Origin: Thermoanaerobaculia bacterium
GTDB taxonomy: Bacteria > Acidobacteriota > Thermoanaerobaculia > Multivoradales > Multivoraceae
Reading direction: 5' to 3'
DNA length: 64,000 nucleotides
Assembly: GCA_963664405.1 (NCBI GenBank)
Contig: OY761158.1
Coordinates: 3,808,001-3,872,000, forward strand
The notes under the pieces are model-generated. The model ran no database searches. It was not told the DNA's origin and saw nothing but the letters and a program-made list of their open reading frames with translations. Within the stretch, counting starts at the first letter, position 1; each line of letters begins with the position of its first letter. This document shows positions 8,847 through 18,844 of the stretch, piece after piece. Position numbers and translations under genes: made by a program.

Positions 8847-10937
8847 CTATGTGCTTGATATGTGGAGAGTTAGCTGATCGACATCACGTCCTGCGGGGTC
8901 AGTTCGGCTTCCGAGGCCCTCTCGAAACCGCCGCTGGAGGGTCGGATTGTCCAGGTCGCTGCAGTTAAAGACCCATGGACCGTCCTTGAGCGGGTGTTTC
9001 GCCGGTACATCGCCCCGCTCGGCAGCCCGTCGTAGCGTCTTCGCGGCGACACCGAGATGGGCTGCCGCGGCGGTCAGATTCATCCATCCTTCGGCCTGGC
9101 GTATCGCGGACGAGTACACCGGTATGCCACGGTTGTTGCGCAAGGAGGTCACGGCCAGGGCAGACCATCGATTCCCGCGTGCGGTGAGAAGGCCGTTGCG
9201 GGTGAGGTAGCCGGCGATCAAACGGTCCTTGCAGATGCGAGCCAGCTCGCGGATCGCATCGACCACGTCGGGACTCGTGTGCGATGCGCTCTGGCCCCTG
9301 CGGCGCCGTGGGATACGCAGCTCGCTGTGCAGCCCTCCCTTCCAATGAATGGCGAGGGTGACCTCACTCTGCACAGCGTCGATGTCGACGACAATCTCTT
9401 CGATCAAAGCTCGGAGGACGCGCTTCTTGAGACGCGGGTCCGTTTCCGGCGCATTCCACATCCGGTCGAGGTCGAGCTCGAGATCTGCCAAATCGAGGGG
9501 GTCCGGTGCCCTCGATTTCTCGCCCGAGGGTCCCTGCTCGAGCTTTCGCTCCAGCTCGCGTACCTTCTGCAAGGCCTCGTCCCAGCGCCGCTCCAACTCG
9601 CCCGCAACGAGACGATTATCGGGATCCATCGCGTCGTAGCGACGACGGGCCAGCTCCGCCGCGTAGTGGGCTGCTTCCAACTCCATGGACAGAGCTTGGA
9701 TCCGCTCCTGGCGTCGAAGTGCCTCTTGCGAAACCGCGAGCCTCGCAGCCTCGACCGCGCAGGGTCGCACCACCTTGAGAATCTCTTCCGCAACGGCTTG
9801 GTCCACCGACAGCCCGCCAAAGGAGATGCATTTCGGAGCCATCTGGTCGAGTCGGGCGCGATGGCACAGGTACCGAGGGACCGCGGCATTCTTACCCGAG
9901 TAACCAACCATCAACTTGCGACCGCAACGACCGCAACGCAAGAGTCCTGCAAGCAATGCAGCTCCCCGTTTCGGCGCCCCACGACGGCGAGCTGACTGGA
10001 ATTGAGCGACATTGTCATCGAGCATCTGTTGGACCTTCTGAAACCGATCCCACCCAATGTAGCCCTCGTGATGATCGGGGATCAACACCGTCCACTCGTC
10101 AAGGGGCTTGCGCACGACCCTTTTGCGCAGGGATCCATCGACGAGCTCGGTCTTGGACGTCGTACGGCCGTAGGCGTAGGCACCGGCGTAGGTCGGCTCT
10201 TTCAGGATGCCGATAACGGCGTGATAGGCCGGCCGCTTCCACCAGGTCTCCCAGCCCGCGACGCCGCGCCGTTTCGCGGGTAGATCCACACCGTTTTCGA
10301 GAAACCACAGCCCGGCCTGCCGAGCGGTCCCCAACTCGAAGAACTTCGTGAAGACTAGCTCGATGGCCTTCTGCACGCGAAGGTCAGGGTCCTTCTCCAG
10401 GCGTTGATCCGCGGTCTTCACGAAACCCACTGGGGCCTCGATCACCAACTCGCCGCGCTTGGCCTTGGCCCACCGAGCCTCCACCGAGCGTTGGCGCAGA
10501 AGATCCAGCTCGTACTCGCTCATCGTGCCTTTCAGACCCAGCAGCAATCGATCGTTCGCTCGACGAGGATCGTAGATCGTGTCGTGATCGATGAGCAACG
10601 TTTCGACCATGGCGCACATCTCGATCAACTGATGCCAGTCGCGGTTATTGCGTGCGAAACGGGACACCTCGATCGCCGCTACGGCACCGATCCGCCCTAG
10701 ACAAACCTCGGCCACCAAGCGCTGAAACCCGGTGCGACCGTGTGTCGATGTCGCGGAAAGCCCTTGATCCTCATCAATGACCTCGGTCTCTTGCCAGCCC
10801 AGGTCCCGTACGCGCTGCTCCATCGAGTACTGCAGACGCCGGCTCTCGGTGTTGTGCACTAGCTGGTGGTGCGACGACTGGCGCACATAGATCAGCGCCC
10901 GACGCTCGAGATGTCGAACCGTGAGCTTCTCACTCAT
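8847..10937 (-). CDS. Large serine recombinase (resolvase + recombinase + Zn ribbon + coiled coil + C-terminal HTH)
   Basis: ALIYVRQSS catalytic Ser, VIDEDQGLS, EVSRFARN, LLRCGRCGRK, HEGYI; AAGGAGGGG RBS. Confidence 0.95.
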   Translation of the reverse strand: MSEKLTVRHLERRALIYVRQSSHHQLVHNTESRRLQYSMEQRVRDLGWQETEVIDEDQGLSATSTHGRTGFQRLVAEVCLGRIGAVAAIEVSRFARNNRDWHQLIEMCAMVETLLIDHDTIYDPRRANDRLLLGLKGTMSEYELDLLRQRSVEARWAKAKRGELVIEAPVGFVKTADQRLEKDPDLRVQKAIELVFTKFFELGTARQAGLWFLENGVDLPAKRRGVAGWETWWKRPAYHAVIGILKEPTYAGAYAYGRTTSKTELVDGSLRKRVVRKPLDEWTVLIPDHHEGYIGWDRFQKVQQMLDDNVAQFQSARRRGAPKRGAALLAGLLRCGRCGRKLMVGYSGKNAAVPRYLCHRARLDQMAPKCISFGGLSVDQAVAEEILKVVRPCAVEAARLAVSQEALRRQERIQALSMELEAAHYAAELARRRYDAMDPDNRLVAGELERRWDEALQKVRELERKLEQGPSGEKSRAPDPLDLADLELDLDRMWNAPETDPRLKKRVLRALIEEIVVDIDAVQSEVTLAIHWKGGLHSELRIPRRRRGQSASHTSPDVVDAIRELARICKDRLIAGYLTRNGLLTARGNRWSALAVTSLRNNRGIPVYSSAIRQAEGWMNLTAAAAHLGVAAKTLRRAAERGDVPAKHPLKDGPWVFNCSDLDNPTLQRRFREGLGSRTDPAGRDVDQLTLHISST

Positions 10938-11118
10938 GCTTCCCCTCCTTTGCGAGGCTCGGCGATGACGGTGGGCTCTGCTCTGTCAGGATCTGCGCCA
11001 GCAGAGAGATCACCGCTTCGCGAGTCGTCGCGGGCAGCTCTCGCCAGCTCGGCCGATCGGTCTCGGTCGCGAAGAGCTCGGCTTGGTAGGTAACCCGTTG
11101 GGCGCGTCGATGTCGCAT
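10930..11118 (-). CDS. Small hypothetical protein upstream of the recombinase
   Basis: 62 aa with Q.ELF...P.W.ELP...R..V..LLA.IL, a pattern I recall upstream of such recombinases; overlaps the 157-aa ORF in another frame. Confidence 0.5.
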   Translation of the reverse strand: MRHRRAQRVTYQAELFATETDRPSWRELPATTREAVISLLAQILTEQSPPSSPSLAKEGKHE

Positions 11119-11407
11119 CGTTTCCCTCCGTAGTCGGTGGAAGACGATTCTCTATCGCGCCCGGACCCTCCTGCTGACGGGTGTCTCTGAGTAATTGCCA
11201 ACAATCGACAAGCGCTTCCCAACGTACGTTGGGCGAAGTCGTTGCCTGCATCCGAGAGCACAGCTCCCGATCAAACATCCATTTGGGAATCTCGAGCTTC
11301 GCGCGCGTCTCGTCATCGTTGACTTGACATCGATAGACCCCGCCGCCCTTCTTCTTGCCGTGGACAACGACTTCCTGCCCGTATTGCGGGTGCCAGCGGT
11401 ACTGCAC
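10934..11407 (-). CDS. Y4bD/Y4pK-like accessory protein; its N-terminus appears to be supplied only after excision
   Basis: YRWHP.YG..V and EIPKWMFD...C motifs; the stop overlaps the recombinase start (ATGA). Confidence 0.6.
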   Translation of the reverse strand: MQYRWHPQYGQEVVVHGKKKGGGVYRCQVNDDETRAKLEIPKWMFDRELCSRMQATTSPNVRWEALVDCWQLLRDTRQQEGPGAIENRLPPTTEGNDATSTRPTGYLPSRALRDRDRSAELARAARDDSRSGDLSAGADPDRAEPTVIAEPRKGGEA

Positions 11408-11448
11408 CCGACGAATCTCGGTCCTGTGATCACTGTGATCGGGACTTG

Positions 11449-11529
11449 TACAATCGGTCCCGGCGCCATTCGACGTTGGGATATGTCAGCCCCGCGACCT
11501 TCGAGCAGCAGCTCCAGGAGGCCGCGTGA
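11449..11529 (+). pseudogene. IS3-A orfB, part 3
   Basis: YNRSRRHSTLGYVSPATFEQQLQEAA-stop. Confidence 0.9.
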
Positions 11530-11876
11530 GAATGAGGGACCAGCTCCCTCGCCGGCTATCGCCGGCTCACTACGCTGGTCCCTCCTCTACTTTTCTGCCA
11601 CCATGGGTGGCTAAACCAGGTGTCCATCAAACCCGGGCAGGTCCACTGTCTACTCTGGGTGATGTATCGGCCGATGAGACTGGTCGCCACTGTCCCCAAG
11701 ACTGTCCCTGAGAGGGGAGAGACAGCCCGAAATCTCGTAATCCTCGTAACGGGTCTAAGCCCTCTATTCAATACCAGATCCACGCAAACCCCTTTGCTTG
11801 CAGGGCGAGCGGATTTGTCCCTGTGCCGAAGTGGCGCGTCTCTCCCGAAGTGGGTGGTACCTATTCGGGGGGGTAC

Positions 11877-13648
<1,772 letters not shown>

Positions 13649-13652
<4 letters not shown>

Positions 13653-14353
13653 CGTCTGTCGGAAGGCGTGTCCGAGAGACGGAAGCGATAGCCCACACCG
13701 ATCACGGTCTCGATGCGATCCGCCTCGTCTCCCAATTTCTTGCGCAGTCGCCGGATGTGGGTGTCGACGGTTCTGCTGTCGACATCGTGCGAGTAGCCCC
13801 ATACATCGGAGAGCAGAGTCTCACGGGTCTGCACCGCACGGTGCCGCTCCATCAGGATCTGCAACAGCTTGAACTCGGTTGCGGTCAGCGGCGTCTCTAC
13901 ACCTCCCACGGTCAGATGGTGGCTGCTGGTATCGAGATGGATCCCGCCGGCTTCGAGGAAATCTGCCAGCTGAGGGGGCGGCTCGGCGCGCCGCAGGATC
14001 GCCTTGACTCGGAGTACGACTTCTCTGGGACTGAACGGCTTCTGTATGTAATCGTCCGCCCCCAGCTCGAGACCGACGATGCGGTCGATCTCCTCGCTCT
14101 TGGCGGTGAGGACGACGATCGGAATCGATGCGGTCTCCGGCTCGCGGCGCAGGGCGCGGAGCACGTCGAGCCCGTCGATGCCCGGCAGCATGAGATCGAG
14201 CAGGATCAAGTCGGGCTTCTGCTCCCGCACTGCCCTGAGACCCTCGTCGCCCCGTTCTTCAACCGACGGTTTGAAGCCTTCTTGAAGGAGGTTGTACTCG
14301 AGAACCTCGGCGATCGCGGCCTCATCCTCGATGATCAGAATCTTGGCGCTCAT
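13649..14353 (-). CDS. phoB: PhoB/OmpR-family response regulator
   Basis: ILIIEDE, LLDLMLP, LTAK, GADDYIQKPFSPRE, SRTVDTHIRRLRKKL; adjacent to phoR and pst remnants. Confidence 0.85.
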
Positions 14354-14452
14354 AGATTTCGAGTAGCTTCTACCAAGGCCTCCCGATTATTTCAGAGGTC
14401 ACTCTGTGACAGAGCGTCTCCGTGGCCCAAGCTTGGGAGCCGAGGCCTATAG

Positions 14453-14619
14453 ATCGCCAACGCCAGCCGCAAGATGAAGGGCGCAGAGCTCGAGCAGGCG
14501 GGAGCGAATGGGGTCCACCCCAAAGAGCTCGTGGTCGGCTTCGATGCCCTCGCGGTTTTCTCCACCCGGAGAACCCGATCGGCGAGATGACGATCGCCGA
14601 CCTTGCGGAGATCCACTGA
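14453..14619 (+). pseudogene. pstS: Internal fragment of phosphate-binding protein PstS
   Basis: IANASRKMKGAELEQA...PKELVVGFDALAVF, frameshift, LHPENPIGEMTIADLAEIH-stop. Confidence 0.75.
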
Positions 14620-14624
14620 GATGT

Positions 14625-14687
14625 CAGATGTTCGTCACTCCTGAGACTCAGGAGACCGCGGACTACATCGAAGGGCGCTACGGTCGA
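14625..14687 (+). pseudogene. pstB: Last ~20 codons of phosphate ABC ATPase PstB
   Basis: QMFVTPETQETADYIEGRYG matches the PstB C-terminus (.F..P....T.DYI.GRFG); CGA stands where the stop is expected. Confidence 0.7.
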
Positions 14688-14767
14688 TTCCGACCAGGTC
14701 TGCGAGCCATGAGCGGAGCTCGCAGGCTATGATGGCGCGTCGCTACCGACCTTCGAAAGGAGTCTGG

Positions 14768-16163
14768 ATGTCCGAGACCGCCGAGCAGGCCTCGCCTGAG
14801 GTAGAGCGAGAGTCGCTTTACCCGGCACCGGCCTACGCCTGGTACTGCGTCTTCATCTTGATGGGGATCTATCTGAATTCCTTTCTCGATCGGCAGATCC
14901 TCGGCCTCCTCGTCGACCCGATCAAGGCCGACATGAACATCTCGGACACCCAGATGGGTTTCCTGATGGGCCCCTCGTTTGCGATCTTCTACATCATTGC
15001 CGGCCTACCGATCGGCTGGCTCGCGGATCGGATGAGCAGGCGCTTCCTGATCGCCATTGGCCAGTTCTTCTGGTCGCTTGCCTCGATCAGTTTCGGATTG
15101 GGGCGGACCTACGCTCAGCTTTTAGGGTCGCGCGTGGCCGTCGGCGTCGGCGAAGCGTCGCTCTCGCCTTCGGCCTACTCGCTGATTACCGACCTCTTCC
15201 CGCCCAAGCGCTTGTCAACGGCTCTGAGTGTCTACGGTATGGGGATCTTCCTGGGTGGCGGTCTCGCCAAATCTGGCGGGCGGCTATGTCCTCGACTTCA
15301 CCGGAACCGGCGCGATTTACGATCTGCCGCTGGTCGGTGAGCGCAAATCTTGGCAGATGGTCTTTTTCTTCATCGCCGCGCCCACTATTCCGCTCACCCT
15401 CTTGCTCCTGTCCATGCGCGAGCCGATTCGCAAGGGAGTGCGCAAGGTAGTGGGAGAGGACGGCACGGCGCGCGCGGTCAAGGTGCCGATCTCGGCGTTC
15501 TTTCGCTACGCGCGTCGCAACGCCAAGACCGTTCTGACCCACAACATCGGCTTTGCCTGGCTCTCCTTCGCCGGCTACGGCGCCGCCGCCTGGGCGCCGT
15601 CGCTGTTTATCCGTGTCCACGGCTGGGAGCCCGCCTTCACCGGGAAGATGCTAGGTGTCATCGGTATCACCGTCGGTCCCATCGGGATCCTGACCGGTGG
15701 CTGGCTCGGCGACAAGCTAGGGGAGCGCGGCTACCGTGACGGCAAGATCCGCGTCGGTCTGTTCGCAGCTTGCGCTGCCCTGCCCGTGGTCGTTGCCTAC
15801 CCACTGGTAACGAACGCGAATCTAGGAATCGTGCTCTACGCAGTCGCCGCCTTCTTCTCGGCAATGCCGTGGGGGGTTGCGCCGGCGGCGATTCAGGAGA
15901 TGATGCCGAATCAGATGCGCGGGCAGGCGTCGGCTGTGTATCTGTTCATCGTCAATCTTCTCGGCTTGGCCCTTGGCCCGCAGATACTGGCGATCTTCAC
16001 CGACTACGTCTTCAAGGACGAGATGATGGTGCACTACTCGCTGGCATCGACCGCGTTTCTAGCGAAGCTCCTCTCCGTGGTCCTCTTGGCGATCTGTCTA
16101 CGCCACTATACGAAGAGCTTGGATCGACTCGAGACCTGGTCCGAGGATCTAGATCCCGATTGA
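14768..16163 (+). CDS. MFS transporter (spinster-like) with one apparent frameshift near 15270
   Basis: FLDRQIL, GWLADRMSRR, GVGEASLSPSAYSLITDLFP continue into the 15228..16163 ORF if one A in gccaaatctg is removed. Confidence 0.8.
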
Positions 16164-16184
16164 TCGAGCTCTGACGCCCTCAGG

Positions 16185-17456
16185 CTACTCCGGTATCGGC
16201 TCTTCGAGGCGGGCCAGAACCCAATCGTAGATCAGCCGGTTGAAATCTTCGCCGTCGCGATCGCGGTCGCCGCCGACGATCGAGATCGAGAACTTGGTGA
16301 TTCCGTGGAGCGCACATTCCTTGAATTCGGGGTTCTTGGAGATGTTTGCCGGCCGGTCGACGCACACCTTGTGGGAGACGCTGGCTCCGCCGGGGTTGTT
16401 CTTCTCCAGCGCGGCGGCGAAGGCGTGGTGCATGATCCACTGGCCCTGACCCGTTATCGTGCCACCGTCCCGGGTCGGGATGGTGTAGACCTCTTCACCA
16501 CAGACCGAGTGCTCGTTGCGACTCCATACCTCGAAGATCGGGGTCGAGACCTGTCCGGCGGAAACGAGCTGGTCCGGCATGTTCTCCGGGAGTGCGTAGT
16601 GGCCGATGCGCTCGAAAGCGCCGCGCAGGTCGAGGTCGCCGAACTCCGTACATCCGTGGTCCCCAAGTGCGGGGAAGTGCTCGCTGGTGGTCCCGGTGTC
16701 CGGGATCACACCGCTGAGGCGCCGGTTCTCGGCCCCCAGCGCCAAGGCGAGGGTGGTGACCCCGATGCCGCCTGCGCTCGTGCCTTGGGCGAAGATGTGG
16801 GTCGTCGAGTAGTTCGCACGCGTGTAGGCGAGTGCCTCGCGCACGGCCAGGAGTCCGTCGACCAAGCGGGGACGGCCGTCCTCCGAGGGGTATTGATTGA
16901 GATGATCGACAGCTCCGATGCCCGAATACAGATCGTTGTCGCAGCCTGACGGCATCATCAGCCGGAACGAAGCTGGGTGCCCACCGATCATCTTCATGAG
17001 GCCGGTCTCTTCGAGCAGCACTGTGAGCTGTCTGCGCTCTTCCTGAATATTGGTCATCTTCCCAGTGGCAAACTCACCGTCGGGAAGGAACCAGCCGACG
17101 CCGCCGCCGTGGAAGCGCATCCAGAGAGGCGCCTCCTGGGTGGTCGCGAGTCCTGGCCGGGAGGAGACGAGAAAGGTGTGGTAGCCCGACTGGCTACAGC
17201 TGCGACGATGATTGCGGTAGAGGTCGAGACGCCAGCCGTCTTTGTCCCAGCTCTCCACGAGCTCGATCTCGCCGGTGTCCAGGCTCTTCAAGTCGTCGGC
17301 ACCGCTCGGGGTGCGATCCGCATTGGGCGGCGCGGCCGCCGCCGCTCCGACCATGACCGGCAAGAGAATGGCCAATACCGCAGGGACAGGGACCGAAAAG
17401 AGTCGCCGCGAGCGTCCGGGCATGTCTGTCCTCCTCGGTTTCGAGAGGCTCATCAT
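16185..17456 (-). CDS. Secreted alpha/beta-hydrolase-like protein
   Basis: Signal peptide, FHGGG oxyanion-like motif, GTSAGG nucleophile elbow. Start uncertain. Confidence 0.6.
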   Translation of the reverse strand: MMSLSKPRRTDMPGRSRRLFSVPVPAVLAILLPVMVGAAAAAPPNADRTPSGADDLKSLDTGEIELVESWDKDGWRLDLYRNHRRSCSQSGYHTFLVSSRPGLATTQEAPLWMRFHGGGVGWFLPDGEFATGKMTNIQEERRQLTVLLEETGLMKMIGGHPASFRLMMPSGCDNDLYSGIGAVDHLNQYPSEDGRPRLVDGLLAVREALAYTRANYSTTHIFAQGTSAGGIGVTTLALALGAENRRLSGVIPDTGTTSEHFPALGDHGCTEFGDLDLRGAFERIGHYALPENMPDQLVSAGQVSTPIFEVWSRNEHSVCGEEVYTIPTRDGGTITGQGQWIMHHAFAAALEKNNPGGASVSHKVCVDRPANISKNPEFKECALHGITKFSISIVGGDRDRDGEDFNRLIYDWVLARLEEPIPE

Positions 17457-17575
17457 ACTCCTGACGATTAGCTGACGGTTGTTTTCTATCCTCTGGCTAC
17501 TCTCCTAACCCTAGAGTCGGACCGGGGCCTCGGATCGACAGGGGGGGATCCGTGGCCCCGATATTCCGTTCCATC

Positions 17576-17929
17576 TCATCTGGGCGAGTAGATCGAGAAC
17601 ACGTTCCCGTCGAGGTCGTAAAACGTCGCGTACATCTCGCTGGGGCCGAGCGCGGGAGCATGGACCACCACAGCACCTGCTTCTTCCAGCATTGCCGCTA
17701 CAGCCTCGACGTCGTCGACCCTGTAGGCGACCGCGACACGCCCCAGCGTCGCGTTCCCTTCGTCGCCGGCGCCGAGAGCGATGGTGATTCCGCCTCCATC
17801 GAGGGTGCAGAACCGATCTCCGTCGCGAGACTTGATCGGCAAGCCGAGTACCCCCTGGTAGAGCTCCAAGGCTCGATCGAGGTTCTTCACCGGATGCATG
17901 ACCATCCCCGCTCGCTCAACCTTGGCCAT
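17576..17929 (-). CDS. VOC/glyoxalase family protein
   Basis: VKNLDRALELYQGVLGL, VAYRVDDVEA, ATFYDLDGN; GGAG RBS before the ATG at 17929. Confidence 0.85.
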   Translation of the reverse strand: MAKVERAGMVMHPVKNLDRALELYQGVLGLPIKSRDGDRFCTLDGGGITIALGAGDEGNATLGRVAVAYRVDDVEAVAAMLEEAGAVVVHAPALGPSEMYATFYDLDGNVFSIYSPR

Positions 17930-17952
17930 TTCGCTCTCTCCGATCAAAAGAA

Positions 17953-18825
17953 TCAAGGGCGAGCACGAAGTACGAAGAGGTGAGAGAGGACGAGCGGCCA
18001 GCGCTCGCCGAAGATCCCGTGGCCTCCCCTTGCGACGACATCCGCAGCACGCTGAAGGACGCTCCGCAGACCTCCGTCTCGTCCCGAGGGCGCGGGGCGC
18101 ACCAACTCCACCGAGAGTCCGTTGCGCTCGGCTTGGAGGCGAAGCCCTTGCGGAGAGGTTAGACAGGTATGCCATGGAGGCGCCAGCATGCTGAACATCT
18201 CCGGCAGCGGCCTGCGCGGCCGCAGCGCGCTGAGCAGGCGCCCCACCAGGCGAGGAATCCCTGGTGTGGGAGAGAGAATGAGGATCGCACCGTCCTCCGG
18301 GTCCAACCTCGCGGCCATCTCCCGCAGCAGCTCTTCTTGATCCAGCAGGTGCTCATATACGGCGACAAGCACGAAGGTGCGAATGGCGCTCGGAAGGCTC
18401 ACTTCGTGGAGAAAGCCCGAGTGCACGTCGAGCCCCTTGGATCGTGCGTACTCAGCCATATCCGCCGACGGCTCGATTCCCTGGTAGGGAATCTCGCGCT
18501 TCACCAGCTCCGAGCCGAGGGACCCCCAGCCGGCTCCGATCTCGACCACGAATCGCGGGTCGTCAGGAGGATGGAGGCCGACGATGAGATCAGCCAGGGC
18601 ACGGTCCACGTTCGCACGCCTGCGGGCGTCCACCTCGGCATCGCCACACCAGTGGCCCGACTGGCGGTAGCCCTCTCGATACGCCTGCTCCAGTGCCTCG
18701 GGGCTTGGAAGAGTGGCAAGCTGGACCGTTCCACAACTCGAGCAGACGGCGTAGTCACCTCCCGGGCGAGTGCCCAGAGCTCGAACGGCCCCCGGACAGA
18801 CGAGACAGGATCCGACCACGTTCAC
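17953..18825 (-). CDS. Class I SAM-dependent methyltransferase with N-terminal CxxC..CxxC
   Basis: CLVC, CSSC, VVEIGAGWG, IEPS, VYEHL, PPWH. Start estimated. Confidence 0.8.
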   Translation of the reverse strand: MNVVGSCLVCPGAVRALGTRPGGDYAVCSSCGTVQLATLPSPEALEQAYREGYRQSGHWCGDAEVDARRRANVDRALADLIVGLHPPDDPRFVVEIGAGWGSLGSELVKREIPYQGIEPSADMAEYARSKGLDVHSGFLHEVSLPSAIRTFVLVAVYEHLLDQEELLREMAARLDPEDGAILILSPTPGIPRLVGRLLSALRPRRPLPEMFSMLAPPWHTCLTSPQGLRLQAERNGLSVELVRPAPSGRDGGLRSVLQRAADVVARGGHGIFGERWPLVLSHLFVLRARP

Positions 18826-18844
18826 AACTTGGAGCTTGCTTGGA

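Larger units (their letters stand above)
8817..11453 (-). mobile_element. Large serine recombinase element (~2.63 kb) integrated into IS3 orfB
   Basis: Shared TACAA at both junctions (8817-8821, 11449-11453). Removal restores att-ttc-tac-aat-cgg (IFYNR); the joined ends form ACTTG-TA-CAAGT. Confidence 0.9.
5773..11645 (+). mobile_element. IS3-family element (IS3-A), interrupted by nested insertions
   Basis: Left end TGAGCCGTAGCGGGCTTGGTGGAC; right end GTCCATCAAACCCGGGCAGGTCCA (TG...CA imperfect IRs). orfA/orfB with an A7G slippery site at 6050-6057; orfB split into three collinear pieces. No target duplication seen. Confidence 0.8.

Noticed and set aside
11823-11835. GTGCCGAAG as the reverse complement of a tRNA-Leu 3' end (att site)
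   Set aside because: Match is too short and has no T-arm.
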